Positions 1 to 9,099 of a stretch of DNA of 64,000 bases are shown piece after piece; position 1 is the first letter of the stretch, and every line of letters begins with the position of its first letter. The position numbers were made by a program, and so were the translations under genes. The stretch is from Thermoflexia bacterium (lineage in GTDB: Bacteria; Chloroflexota; Anaerolineae; B4-G1; DUEL01), in contig DUEL01000002.1 in assembly GCA_011192125.1 (NCBI GenBank), forward strand, positions 52,161 through 116,160. The letters run 5' to 3'. The notes under the pieces are model-generated. The model had not been told where the DNA came from, did no database searches, and saw nothing but the letters and a program-made list of their open reading frames with translations.

Positions 1-167
1 AGGAACTCCAGTTTCCGCGTCTTGTTCCCACCGGTCGCCAGCCCCGTCTGGTCGTCCCGCTTGATCCAGAGTTCCGGCCCGCCCAGCAGGCTGCTCAGCC
101 GGTGCATCGGCTCCAGCGGGGTCGGCAGGTGACCGATGTTGACCCGGTACAGCCGCTCAGTCAGCAA
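1..167 (-). CDS. PLP-dependent ACC deaminase / D-cysteine desulfhydrase family protein, N-terminal fragment (gene continues beyond window edge)
   Basis: Minus-strand translation of 167..1 reads [55 protein letters not shown]; GGNKxRKLE and LWIKRDD are hallmark N-terminal motifs of this family; TTG start inferred, overlaps upstream stop by 11 nt. Confidence 0.5.
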   Translation of the reverse strand, partial: MLTERLYRVNIGHLPTPLEPMHRLSSLLGGPELWIKRDDQTGLATGGNKTRKLEF

Positions 168-1497
168 ACTCCACCTCCAACTGCTCCAAGAAGGCCACTA
201 CGTCTGGGATCGCCAACAGTCGTTCCCGGAAGAACCCGTTGACCAGGTCCTCCACCTTCTGACGGGATTGGGTAATGGTCTCTTCCCACCCCGCCCCCAG
301 GTCGGCCCACCCGGTCACGTCGTCCCGCAGCCGGAGGAGCGCCATCACGATCTCCTGCTCCTGGGGTCCCTCGACGGTGGCGATCACGTCCTGGATCAAC
401 TGGTCGATCTGGCGCACCACCGTCTTGTGGTCGAGCGATGAGCCTTCACAGCAGGCATCGTCGATCGTATCAAGGAGGGCCCAGACCTGGTAGAGGAGCG
501 CGGCCGGTTCGTCGAACATCTCCCGGATCAGCGCCGCCGCCTCGTGCCGGCCGGTGAGGCGGAAGATGTTGTACAGCCGCTTGGCCGCCTTGCCGTAGTT
601 GACGTGCTTGTGGGTGTACTTCCACACCTCGCCGCTCAACTGGCGGACGTACTCCTCCAGCGACTGGGGGGAGATATGCTTGGCCAGTTTGGCGAACAGC
701 GGCACCGACTCCGCCTCCAGGTAGACCTCCTGGAAGTAGGGATCGAGGAAGCCGTCCAGTGGCACGATCTCCCCGTCGGGCGTCTCCCAGGTCACGTCCA
801 GCATGTTGCTGGCGTTGACCACCCGACCTCGCTCCGGCTCGGCGATCACCCAGTCCATCTTGCACCAGCCGGGGTCCAGGCAGCCGTACTCCCACTCCAC
901 CGTCCAGGGTTCCCCGTCGGCGCGGAGCACCTCCATCCGGCCCGCCTTCACCTCCTCCGGCTCCCACGAGATGGGCGACCCGGCCTTGATCCGCTTCCCT
1001 CCCTTCACCACGTCGGTCTTCCAGGTGCCGAACTTGACCTCGATGAGTCGGTAATTCGGCCCCTCGAAGAAGGCCAGCGCCTTCTCCCGCATCAGATCGG
1101 CGAGGATGCGGCAGGCCTCCTCGCGGGTCTGGGCTTTGATGTTGACCCGCTCGAAGTAGTCGCAGTCGCCTGGGTACCGCTGGATCCGCCCCTGGGCTGC
1201 ACTACCGGCCAGACTGATCGCCGTCTCCACGTTGGGCTTGTCCGGCAGTTGGACGATGTCGGCGATGCGGCGGTACCGCTCCAGGGTCGCCGGGTCGAAA
1301 TCGAGGAGGGTGATCTTGTGGCCGTAGATCCCGGCCTCTTCATCGATCACCAGGTCCTCCTCCATCGCCTCCGCCGCCGCCATCGCCGTCAGCCACTGGG
1401 CCACGTCCGTCTCGTCCACCTCCACGCCCAACAACCGCGCCGCGCGGATGATCCGTTCCACCCGCTCCCGTGCCTCCTGTTGTTGCTCCGACATCAC
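157..1497 (-). CDS. hypothetical protein with Pol-beta-type nucleotidyltransferase motif (GS-x10-DxD)
   Basis: 446-aa ORF with strong GC3 bias, AAAGGAGGG SD 4 nt upstream of ATG 1497; motif [19 protein letters not shown] resembles the ANT/GlnE/minimal-NTase signature hG[GS]...DhD; rest of protein not recognisable. Confidence 0.6.
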   Translation of the reverse strand: MMSEQQQEARERVERIIRAARLLGVEVDETDVAQWLTAMAAAEAMEEDLVIDEEAGIYGHKITLLDFDPATLERYRRIADIVQLPDKPNVETAISLAGSAAQGRIQRYPGDCDYFERVNIKAQTREEACRILADLMREKALAFFEGPNYRLIEVKFGTWKTDVVKGGKRIKAGSPISWEPEEVKAGRMEVLRADGEPWTVEWEYGCLDPGWCKMDWVIAEPERGRVVNASNMLDVTWETPDGEIVPLDGFLDPYFQEVYLEAESVPLFAKLAKHISPQSLEEYVRQLSGEVWKYTHKHVNYGKAAKRLYNIFRLTGRHEAAALIREMFDEPAALLYQVWALLDTIDDACCEGSSLDHKTVVRQIDQLIQDVIATVEGPQEQEIVMALLRLRDDVTGWADLGAGWEETITQSRQKVEDLVNGFFRERLLAIPDVVAFLEQLEVEFAD

Positions 1498-1565
1498 ACC
1501 CTCCTTTCAAACCAAAGATACGGACAGCCGCACGGCGCGTCCCCACCCCAGCGGCCAGTCCGTCT

Positions 1566-1613
1566 GCCAAAACAGCAAAGGGTCGCCAACCTTCTCCGCT
1601 CTGTCGGCGACCC
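1566..1613 (-). terminator. candidate intrinsic terminator downstream of acpP
   Basis: On minus strand GGGUCGCC-18 nt loop-GGCGACCC stem followed by UUUGCUGUUUUGG U-rich tract, 30 nt after acpP stop. Confidence 0.45.
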
Positions 1614-1642
1614 CCTCCCCTGCACCTCCTTCGAGGCCCGGG

Positions 1643-1888
1643 TTACCCGACCATCTTCTCCTGGATGTAGCGGACCGCGTCGCCCACCGTCCTGATCTGC
1701 TGCGCCTCTTCGTCGGAGATCGTCCCCCCGAACTCTTCCTCGAAGGCCATCACCAGTTCGACCAGGTCCAGCGAGTCCGCCCCCAGGTCCTCCCGGAAAC
1801 TGGCCTCCATCGTGATGGTGTCCGGCTCCACCGCCAGCACCTCGACGATGATCTCCTTCACTTTTTCGAAGATTTCCTGTTCGGACAT
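1643..1888 (-). CDS. acpP: acyl carrier protein
   Basis: 81 aa, [25 protein letters not shown]...[20 protein letters not shown]; classic DSLD phosphopantetheine attachment motif and acidic helix II. Confidence 0.9.
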   Translation of the reverse strand: MSEQEIFEKVKEIIVEVLAVEPDTITMEASFREDLGADSLDLVELVMAFEEEFGGTISDEEAQQIRTVGDAVRYIQEKMVG

Positions 1889-2046
1889 CCTGCACCTCCT
1901 CTGAATTTCTTGTTTTCACCCCAGAGCGGGCAGGGCGAGGAAGGGAGGATAAAGCCTCCGTGCCCTCCGCATCTCTGTGGTGCCCTATACCGTAAACGCC
2001 TGTATTGTATTGTTCGAGGAACCTTTGTCAAGCAGCCCGGGCCATC

Positions 2047-2074
2047 CGCGAATAGAGCACGAATGCACGAATAG
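2047..2074 (+). promoter_or_regulatory. three tandem CRCGAATRG units abutting -35 of fni promoter
   Basis: cgcgaatag/cacgaatg/cacgaatag at 2047-2074, 11 nt upstream of TTGACA; same motif family recurs at 15444-15500 and 24184-24289. Confidence 0.5.
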
Positions 2075-2085
2075 CGGTCAGCCGT

Positions 2086-2114
2086 TTGACAAACTCCCCC
2101 TCCGCAAGTATGAT
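2086..2114 (+). promoter_or_regulatory. sigma70-like promoter of fni operon (TTGACA-17-TATGAT)
   Basis: TTGACA 2086-2091, 17-nt spacer, TATGAT 2109-2114; ATG of fni 44 nt downstream. Confidence 0.55.
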
Positions 2115-2157
2115 GCCGTTAGCAAGAACACCTCTGCTACAGGAAAGTTACGAGCCG

Positions 2158-3219
2158 ATGCGCTCTCAGAACGAGGAACGAAAGTCGGAACATCTCCGCA
2201 TCAGCCTGGAGGAAGACGTCTCCTTCCACACGCTGACCGCCGGCTTCGAGCGATACCGCTTCGAGCATTGCGCCCTCCCGGAACTCGATCTGGCTGCGGT
2301 GGATCTGAGCACCTCCCTGCTGGGCAAGCGGCTGAACGCTCCCCTGTTAATCTCTTCGATGACCGGAGGGACAGCGGAGGCCCGGGATCTGAACCAACGG
2401 CTGGCCCAGGCCGCCCAGCAGGCGGGGGTCGGAATGGGGCTGGGCTCGCTGCGGGCCGCGCTGGAGGACCCCTCTCTCCTTCCCACTTACCAGGTACGAG
2501 ACGTTGCCCCCGACATTCTCCTGCTCTCCAACCTGGGAGCGGTCCAACTGAACTACGGCTACACCGTGGACCACTGTCGACGGGCGGTGGAGATGGTAGA
2601 GGCGGACGGTCTGATCCTCCACCTCAACCCGCTCCAGGAGGCTCTGCAACCAGAGGGCCAGACCGATTTCTCCGACCTCCTGCGCAAGATCGAAGCGGTC
2701 TGCCGGGCGCTGGAGGTGCCAGTGGTGGTCAAGGAAGTCGGCTGGGGGCTCTCCGCCGACGTGGCCCGCCGCCTGGCCGACGCAGGCGTGGCCGCGCTGG
2801 ACGTAGCCGGGGCCGGAGGGACCTCATGGAGCCAGGTGGAGATGTACCGATCGCACAGCGACACCGAACGGGAGGTAGCCGCCGCCTTTCGGGATTGGGG
2901 CATCCCCACCGCTGAGGCCCTCCGTCAGGTCCGCCGAGCCGTCCCTCACCTCCCCGTCATCGCCAGCGGCGGCATCCGGGACGGCATCCAGATGGCGAAG
3001 GCGATCGCCCTGGGGGCTGCGGCCTGCGGCATCGCCCACCCCTTCCTCCTCGCCGCCGCCCGGTCGGTCGAAGCGGTGGCAGAGGCCATCAACGTCGTCG
3101 TCACGCAACTGCGGGTGGCGATGTTCGCCGTCGGCGCGCAGAACCTCGCCGCCCTGGCCCGCGTGCCGCTGGTCGAGGTACCCCAACCGGGACACGGGAG
3201 CACAGAGGAGGAACGATGA
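2158..3219 (+). CDS. fni: isopentenyl-diphosphate delta-isomerase, type 2 (FMN-dependent)
   Basis: [11 protein letters not shown]..., [24 protein letters not shown] motifs typical of IDI-2; start moved from ORF-track TTG 2086 (which is the -35 box) to ATG 2158 by alignment with Bacillus Fni N-terminus. Confidence 0.85.
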   Translation: MRSQNEERKSEHLRISLEEDVSFHTLTAGFERYRFEHCALPELDLAAVDLSTSLLGKRLNAPLLISSMTGGTAEARDLNQRLAQAAQQAGVGMGLGSLRAALEDPSLLPTYQVRDVAPDILLLSNLGAVQLNYGYTVDHCRRAVEMVEADGLILHLNPLQEALQPEGQTDFSDLLRKIEAVCRALEVPVVVKEVGWGLSADVARRLADAGVAALDVAGAGGTSWSQVEMYRSHSDTEREVAAAFRDWGIPTAEALRQVRRAVPHLPVIASGGIRDGIQMAKAIALGAAACGIAHPFLLAAARSVEAVAEAINVVVTQLRVAMFAVGAQNLAALARVPLVEVPQPGHGSTEEER

Positions 3220-4235
3220 GCCTCTCGGCCTTCACGAGCCGCTACCTTCCCGCGCTGGAAGCGGAGATGCAGGCGGTGGTGACCGCGCCGGCTCCCGAGG
3301 TGCACGACCTGTATGGATACCTCCGGTATCATCTCGGCTGGATCGACGAACACTTCCAACCCCGCCGGGGACGGACGGGCAAACGAATCCGACCGGTCCT
3401 CTGCCTCCTTTCCTGCGAGGCCTGTGGCGGGGACTGGGAACAGGCCCTCCCGGCCGCTGCCGCCGTGGAACTGCTGCACAACTTCTCCCTCATCCACGAC
3501 GACATCGAGGACCACGACGCCACTCGCCGGGGCCGGCCTACCGTCTGGGCCCTCTGGGGGGTGCCACAGGCGATCAACGCTGGCGACGCCCTCTTCATCC
3601 TGGCCCACATAGCCCTTCTGCGGTTGAGCGCACGTGGGATCCCGGCAGAGACGGTGACCGCTGCCCTCCGCATCTTCGACCACGCCTGCCTCCGGTTGAC
3701 CGAGGGACAGTTCATGGACATCCGGTTCGAGCAGGAGGAAGAGGTCAGCCTGGAGGACTACCTCTCGATGATCGAGGGAAAGACCGCCGCGCTGCTGTCC
3801 GCTGCGTGCGAACTGGGGGCACTGGTGGCTGGCGTCCCACCCGACCAGCAAGAACGACTGCGCGCCTTCGGCCGCCACCTGGGGCTGGCCTTCCAGATCC
3901 AGGACGACATCCTGGGCATCTGGGGAGATCCGGAGAAGACGGGGAAACCAGTGGGGTCGGACCTGCGCTCCCGGAAGAAGACGCTGCCCATCCTCCACGG
4001 CCTCCGGCACGACCCGGCGCTCCGCGCGCTGCTGGCCCAGCCGACGCTGGGCGAGGAAGAGATCGGACAAGCGATCCAGCGGCTGGAGGCCGCCGGTAGC
4101 CGCGCCTTCGCCGAGGAGCAGGCGCGTCGCCACATCGACCAGGCCCTCGCCGTCCTGAAGGCCGCCGACCTGCGGCCACCCGCCGCGCCCGCCCTCCACG
4201 ACCTGACGCTAAGCCTGATGGGTCGCACCCGGTAA
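3216..4235 (+). CDS. polyprenyl diphosphate synthase (GGPP/long-chain prenyl synthase family)
   Basis: Two aspartate-rich motifs LIHDDIEDHD and FQIQDDILG, KTGKPVGSDL; ATGA overlap with fni stop (translational coupling). Confidence 0.85.
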   Translation: MSLSAFTSRYLPALEAEMQAVVTAPAPEVHDLYGYLRYHLGWIDEHFQPRRGRTGKRIRPVLCLLSCEACGGDWEQALPAAAAVELLHNFSLIHDDIEDHDATRRGRPTVWALWGVPQAINAGDALFILAHIALLRLSARGIPAETVTAALRIFDHACLRLTEGQFMDIRFEQEEEVSLEDYLSMIEGKTAALLSAACELGALVAGVPPDQQERLRAFGRHLGLAFQIQDDILGIWGDPEKTGKPVGSDLRSRKKTLPILHGLRHDPALRALLAQPTLGEEEIGQAIQRLEAAGSRAFAEEQARRHIDQALAVLKAADLRPPAAPALHDLTLSLMGRTR

Positions 4236-4241
4236 GGTGAG

Positions 4242-5879
4242 ATGGCTTCCCTCCTCCTTTCATCCGGTGCGGGATATACCGCCGCGAAGACGATGAGAAC
4301 GCCGAGGGTCCTCCGCTGCTCCGCACGCCCTGACGCCGCGGAGACAAAGAGGGCCCAGGGCAAAGGCATCAGGCTCCTCCGGCACATCGCTTCCCCCTCC
4401 AGATCGCTTCCGGCGATCTTTCTCCTCTCCCTCCTGATTTACCTTCTGGCCCTGGTCATCCCCTACAACCTCTTCTCCTACGTCCACCAGGCCCCCGTCA
4501 GCCTGGGGGAGATCGCCCAGCGTCGCCCGCCGCCCGCCGCGATCTTCCTCCTAGCCTTCGCCGCCCTTTTCTGGCTGTACAGCCTGGCCTATCGAACCTG
4601 CCTCCGGAGCCCCCACAGGAATCTGGCCCTGCCGATCCTCCTCTCCGGCCTCGTCCTGGCGCTGGCCCTCAGCCTCACCTACCCCATCGGTGCGGGGGAC
4701 GTGGTGGACTACGTGAGCCACGGCGAGGAACTGGCCTATTTCGGACTGAACCCCCTGGTGGTCCCACCCGGCTACGTTCCGGGGACCACCTTCGCCCGCT
4801 ACTCCGCCTTCCGGCTGGTCCCGTCGAACTACGGCCCCCTGTGGACCTGGATCAGCGGCCTGGTGGTGGGGGCGCTAGGGCGGGAGAGCCTCGCGCTCAA
4901 CCTCCTGGGCTTCAAGGCGGTGGCGATCAGCGCCTACCTGGGACAGGCCGTGCTGATCTACACGATCCTCCGGCGACGGTCCCCCCGCTACGCCCTGCCC
5001 GGCCTTCTCTTTTTCGCCTGGAACCCCCTTATCCTCTACGAGTTCGCCGTCAACGGCCACAACGACGCGGCGATGATGTTCTTCGCCCTGCTGGGGATGT
5101 TGCTCTGGGAGCGGGGGCGACCCCTGGCGATGGCAACCGCCCTCACCCTCTCCTTCCTGATCAAGATCCCCACCATCCTTCTCCTCCCCCTCTTTCTCCT
5201 CGCCAGCGTCCGGCGATGGGGCTGGAGGGTGGGGCTTCAGGGCGGAGCACTGGCCCTCGGGTTGACCGGGCTGGCGTATCTCTCCCTTCCCGATCCGCTG
5301 GCCGCGCTGACGAACCTCTCCGGCCGCTCCGGCCTCCTCACCCACTCGCTGCCGGCGGTGGTGAGTATGGGACTGCGCCAGGCCGGCGTGCCGGAGGCGA
5401 CGGCGCGGGCTCTCGTCCAGACGGCAACCCTTCTCGCACTAGGAGGCTGGTATCTCTCCCGGCTCCGGCGGGTGTGGCGGTCCCCTTCCCACGCGCTGCC
5501 GGCCGCTTACGACGTGATCCTCTTCCTCCTCCTCTTCGCCACTCCCTGGTTCCAACCCTGGTACGTGACCTGGCTGATCGCCCTGGCCAGTCTCCACCCC
5601 CGCCGATCCGCCCCCACGCAGGCCGGACTGCTCAGTCTCACCGTCATCATCTCCTATGTTATCTACGGCTTCCTCTGGTTCTGGATCGCCCCCATCGCCA
5701 ACTGGGGCCACGGCCTCGGCATCAACCTCATCGCCGTCGGAACCACCTACCTGCTCCCCTGGGCCTACGCTGCGTGGACCTGGGGCGCGGGGAGGGACCG
5801 TACTAACGGGCCGCACAAGACGGTGGGGCTAGATCTGCGTCGGACGGACCCTTCCCCGCCCACTTCGGCGACTATATAA
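4242..5879 (+). CDS. polytopic integral membrane protein, GT-C-fold glycosyltransferase-like (DUF2029/GT87-like, inferred)
   Basis: >10 predicted TM helices, loop motifs NPLILYEFAVNGHNDAAMMFF and FLIKIPTILL reminiscent of lipid-linked-sugar glycosyltransferases; AAGGTGA SD 4 nt before ATG, 6 nt after prenyl synthase stop. Confidence 0.55.
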   Translation: MASLLLSSGAGYTAAKTMRTPRVLRCSARPDAAETKRAQGKGIRLLRHIASPSRSLPAIFLLSLLIYLLALVIPYNLFSYVHQAPVSLGEIAQRRPPPAAIFLLAFAALFWLYSLAYRTCLRSPHRNLALPILLSGLVLALALSLTYPIGAGDVVDYVSHGEELAYFGLNPLVVPPGYVPGTTFARYSAFRLVPSNYGPLWTWISGLVVGALGRESLALNLLGFKAVAISAYLGQAVLIYTILRRRSPRYALPGLLFFAWNPLILYEFAVNGHNDAAMMFFALLGMLLWERGRPLAMATALTLSFLIKIPTILLLPLFLLASVRRWGWRVGLQGGALALGLTGLAYLSLPDPLAALTNLSGRSGLLTHSLPAVVSMGLRQAGVPEATARALVQTATLLALGGWYLSRLRRVWRSPSHALPAAYDVILFLLLFATPWFQPWYVTWLIALASLHPRRSAPTQAGLLSLTVIISYVIYGFLWFWIAPIANWGHGLGINLIAVGTTYLLPWAYAAWTWGAGRDRTNGPHKTVGLDLRRTDPSPPTSATI

Positions 5880-5974
5880 TCGGATACACCCACGATCATT
5901 TATAGATCATTCACATCCACCGGTCACAGGCTGGCTTAGAACGGAGTATTCAGACAAGTGCTGAGGGAGGAAGT

Positions 5975-7066
5975 ATGGTGAAGAAATTCCGCATCCCGTT
6001 GATCATTCTGTTGGTGCTTCTGCTCATTGGCGTAGCGGTGGTCCTGATCAACCAACGGGTCCCCCTCTTCGGCGCCTCCTTCATCCAGTGCCACACCGAG
6101 GGCTGTTCTCTCGACGCCAACTGCTCCCACGCCACATCCCGCATCCGTGCTGTGTGGGGGGAGATCGACGGTCGGCTCTATGTGGACGGCGTGGAAGTGG
6201 CCTCCGTCCACGAGAACATCGGTCGTGGAACCTCTAAATGGTTCCAACTGGACGCCGACTACAGCCCCGACGTCCCCCACACCATCCATGTAGTGTGGAA
6301 GTACTGGGACATCAACGGCCGGGAGCTTCCGCAATACGGTTGTGAGCGGACCATTGTGACGGAGCCGTGCGTCACGCCGACGCCGGTGCCGCCGACCGCC
6401 ACGCCGATCCCGCCCACGCCGACGCTGATCCCACCGACGCCCACGCCGATCCCGCCCACGCCGACGGAAGTCCTGCCGACCGCCACGCCCGTGCCGCCAA
6501 CACCCACGCCCATACCCCCCACTCCGACGGAGGTCCCGCCGACCGCCACGCCCGTGCCGCCCACCCCCACGCCGATCCCGCCCACCCCAACCACGCCCCC
6601 CGAGGTAACCCCCACCCCGTTGCCGACCATCTCGGCGCCGGTGGTGGCGACACCCACACCGACACCCGTGCCGCCGACGCCGACGCCCAAGCCGCCCACG
6701 CCGACACCCATCCCGCCGACCGCTACACCCGTGCCGCCAACACCCACGCCGGTCCCGCCCACGCCGACGGAGGCACCGTCCGCGCCGCAACAGAAAGAGA
6801 CACCGACGCCGGTGCCGCCGACACAACCTCCGTCCGCGCCACAACAGGCGACCTCCACCCCCACGCCACCGCCGTCATCCCCGACGCCCGCCCCTACGAC
6901 GACACCTGAGGCAACCACGACGCCCACCACCCCCATGCCGACCCTCCCCGAGAGCGGCGGTCCCGCTCCGCTGACCGGGGTGTCGGTCAGCATCCTGAGC
7001 GCGGGCGTGCTTCTCATCCTGCTGGGCTGGCTGGCGTTCCGGAAGGAGCAGGGGACAACCCGCTGA
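5975..7066 (+). CDS. surface protein: signal/TM anchor, small 6-Cys domain, ~200-aa Pro/Thr repeat stalk, C-terminal LPESG sorting signal
   Basis: GAGGGAGGAAGT SD; N-term [25 protein letters not shown]; C-term [40 protein letters not shown] = LPXTG-like motif + hydrophobic helix + basic tail. Confidence 0.75.
   Translation: MVKKFRIPLIILLVLLLIGVAVVLINQRVPLFGASFIQCHTEGCSLDANCSHATSRIRAVWGEIDGRLYVDGVEVASVHENIGRGTSKWFQLDADYSPDVPHTIHVVWKYWDINGRELPQYGCERTIVTEPCVTPTPVPPTATPIPPTPTLIPPTPTPIPPTPTEVLPTATPVPPTPTPIPPTPTEVPPTATPVPPTPTPIPPTPTTPPEVTPTPLPTISAPVVATPTPTPVPPTPTPKPPTPTPIPPTATPVPPTPTPVPPTPTEAPSAPQQKETPTPVPPTQPPSAPQQATSTPTPPPSSPTPAPTTTPEATTTPTTPMPTLPESGGPAPLTGVSVSILSAGVLLILLGWLAFRKEQGTTR
6365..6965 (+). 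repeat. in-gene tandem repeats (63-bp / 21-aa units [21 protein letters not shown]) encoding PT linker
   Basis: Near-identical 63-nt units at ~6455-6517 and 6518-6580 plus degenerate copies through 6965. Confidence 0.7.
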
Positions 7067-7086
7067 TCGAGCCGGGAAAGAGTAGA

Positions 7087-7113
7087 GGGGCGTGGTCGGC
7101 TTGACCACGCCCC
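7087..7113. terminator. bidirectional hairpin terminator between convergent genes
   Basis: GGGGCGTGGTC-GGCTT-GACCACGCCCC perfect 11-bp stem, followed by TCCTTCCCC on plus and by T-containing tract on minus; lies between stops at 7066 (+) and 7153 (-). Confidence 0.5.
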
Positions 7114-7152
7114 TCCTTCCCCGCCAGGAAACCACGAGGGCGGACGCTCACC

Positions 7153-7383
7153 CTACTTCTCGGTGTAGAGACGGTAGGCGTCTCCCACCGTCCGGACCTG
7201 CCAGGCCTTCTCCATCGGGATCGAAACGCCCAGTTCCTCCAGTCGGAGCATCATCTCCACCAACTGGATCGAATCAGCCATCAGATCCTCCACAAAGGAG
7301 GCCTCGGGAACCACCAGGTTCTCGTCCACGTCCAGTTCCTCGGCGATGATCCGTCGGAATTCCTCGAACGTGATCTTAGGCAT
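7153..7383 (-). CDS. acyl carrier protein-like (second, dedicated carrier)
   Basis: MPKITFEEFRRIIAEELDVDENLVVPEASFVEDLMADSIQLVEMMLRLEE; DSI(Q)L Ser attachment motif; start ATG 7383 overlaps stop of upstream ligase by 8 nt. Confidence 0.8.
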   Translation of the reverse strand: MPKITFEEFRRIIAEELDVDENLVVPEASFVEDLMADSIQLVEMMLRLEELGVSIPMEKAWQVRTVGDAYRLYTEK

Positions 7384-9013
7384 GAGTTCGTCCCTCCTGC
7401 AAGGCCATCTCCCGCAGCCGAAACTTCTGCGGCTTCCCCGTGGAAGACCGGGGAAAATCGTCGACAATCCGAACGACCTGAGGGATCTCGTAGGGCTCCA
7501 GCACGCCTCGACAATGCTCCCGCACCTGGCGGGACGTGAGGTCAGTCCCATCCTCCGGGATCACGAAAGCCCAGACCTCCTCACCGCCTAACCCCCTGGG
7601 CACCCCCACCACGGCCGCCTCCCGAACGGCGGGATGGGTCATCAAGTGCCGCTCGATCTTCTCCGGGTAGATGTTCCGCCCCCCACGGATGATCATGTCT
7701 TTCTTGCGGCCGACGATCCGCAGATACCCCTCCTCGTCCATCACCGCCAGGTCCCCTGTGTGGTACCACCCCTCCTCGTCCACTACCTGGGCCGTGAGAT
7801 CGGGCGCGCCCCAGTAACCGACCATCCGGCCCTCCGTGCGCACCCAGAGTTCCCCCACCTCCCCGGGCGGCAGAGGACGGCCCTCGTCGTCCACGACGCG
7901 CACCTCCACCCCGGGCATCGGCCGTCCGACAGTCTCCGCCTGCCGGTCCTCGGGGTCGCCCAGGTCGGTGGCGGCGATCCCTCCGCCGATCTCCGTGGCC
8001 CCGAAGCCGATGTGCAGGGCACAGCCGAACCGACGCTGCACCTCACGGGCCAGTTCGGGTGGGCATGGGGCCGAGCCGGTGCCGCAGATGAGGAGAGAGG
8101 AAAGATCGTACTCGTCGAACGACTTCAGCCGCAGCATCACCGCCAGCGCCGTCGGCACGGCGACCAGGATCGTAACCCGCTCCCGCTGGATGAGTTCCAA
8201 CGCCTCCACCGGGTGGAAGCGGGGCTGGATCACCAGGGTGTCCCCCATCAGCAGGGCCTGGAGAAAGACCTCGACGCCGGTGATGGTGTGGAAGCCGACG
8301 GTGGAGAGGAAGACCTGCGGACGTCCGGCCGCCCGCAACAGCCGTTCTCCGTAGCGGGCCAGCGCCCGCCCCATCTTCGGCAGGTGGGAGAGCGTCGGTC
8401 GACGGGTCCACAGATCCCGCAGCCTCAGACTGGCGACCACCGGAGCGATCAGACTGCGGTGGGTATGCATCACGCCCTTCGGGGCCCCCGTCGTGCCGGA
8501 GGTGTAGAGGATGGCCAGGAGGTCCTCCGGCACAACATCCACCGGCGCAGGAGGCCCCTCCGCCGGTCCTGGCAGCACCTCCTCTTGCTCCTCCCCCACC
8601 ACAACGACGGACACAACCTCCGGAAGGGCTTCTTCCGCCGCGGAAGAGAGGGGCTCGTAGACGACGAGGAGGCGGGGGGAGGTCTGCTCCAGCATGCGCA
8701 CGATCCGCCGGGGGAGGGCCATCGGGTCCAGCGGAACCGCCACCGCGCCCCGCTCTGCAGCAGCGAAGAAAAGGGTGACGAAGGCGACTCCAGGAGGAAG
8801 CCAGAGGGCCACCCGGTCCCCTTTGCCGACCCCCATCCCGGCCATCGCCGCCGCGGCCCGGTCCACCCGCTCCTGAAACTCCTCATAGGTCAACCGGAGA
8901 GGGCCGCATACCAGGGCCTCCTGGCGGGGACGGTCCTTTGTGATCCGCCGCAGGGCCTCCCCCATCGTCATCTGGAGGGTGAGCGCCGGAACCCCCATCC
9001 GACCCTCCGCCAT
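7376..9013 (-). CDS. AMP-dependent synthetase/ligase (fatty acyl-AMP / acyl-CoA ligase family)
   Basis: AMP-binding box ILYTSGTTGAPKGV, TGD motif YHTGDLAVMDEEGYLRIVGRKKDMI; true start may be an internal Met (MTMGEAL) ~14 codons downstream. Confidence 0.8.
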   Translation of the reverse strand: MAEGRMGVPALTLQMTMGEALRRITKDRPRQEALVCGPLRLTYEEFQERVDRAAAAMAGMGVGKGDRVALWLPPGVAFVTLFFAAAERGAVAVPLDPMALPRRIVRMLEQTSPRLLVVYEPLSSAAEEALPEVVSVVVVGEEQEEVLPGPAEGPPAPVDVVPEDLLAILYTSGTTGAPKGVMHTHRSLIAPVVASLRLRDLWTRRPTLSHLPKMGRALARYGERLLRAAGRPQVFLSTVGFHTITGVEVFLQALLMGDTLVIQPRFHPVEALELIQRERVTILVAVPTALAVMLRLKSFDEYDLSSLLICGTGSAPCPPELAREVQRRFGCALHIGFGATEIGGGIAATDLGDPEDRQAETVGRPMPGVEVRVVDDEGRPLPPGEVGELWVRTEGRMVGYWGAPDLTAQVVDEEGWYHTGDLAVMDEEGYLRIVGRKKDMIIRGGRNIYPEKIERHLMTHPAVREAAVVGVPRGLGGEEVWAFVIPEDGTDLTSRQVREHCRGVLEPYEIPQVVRIVDDFPRSSTGKPQKFRLREMALQEGRTHA

Positions 9014-9021
9014 TCCAATCT

Positions 9022-9094
9022 CACCACAGAGGCACAGAGAGCACAGAGTCTCTCCCTCACCTCAACCCTCTGTATCCTCTGTGCCTCTGTAGTG
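9022..9094. repeat. CACAGAGG-palindrome element copy A
   Basis: caccacagaggcacagagagcacagag ... ctctgtatcctctgtgcctctgtagtg; inverted arms each of three CACAGAGG/CCTCTGTG units. Confidence 0.85.
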
Positions 9095-9099
9095 AGACA

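Noticed and set aside
544-1695. 383-aa plus-strand ORF overlapping the NTase gene and acpP
   Set aside because: It is antisense to two well-supported genes, and the translation is Arg/Leu/Pro-rich as typical of out-of-frame GC-rich sequence.
5936-6844. 302-aa Arg/Gly-rich ORF on minus strand
   Set aside because: It is antisense to the PT-repeat gene. The low-complexity translation is an artefact of high GC and repeats, and it has no SD.
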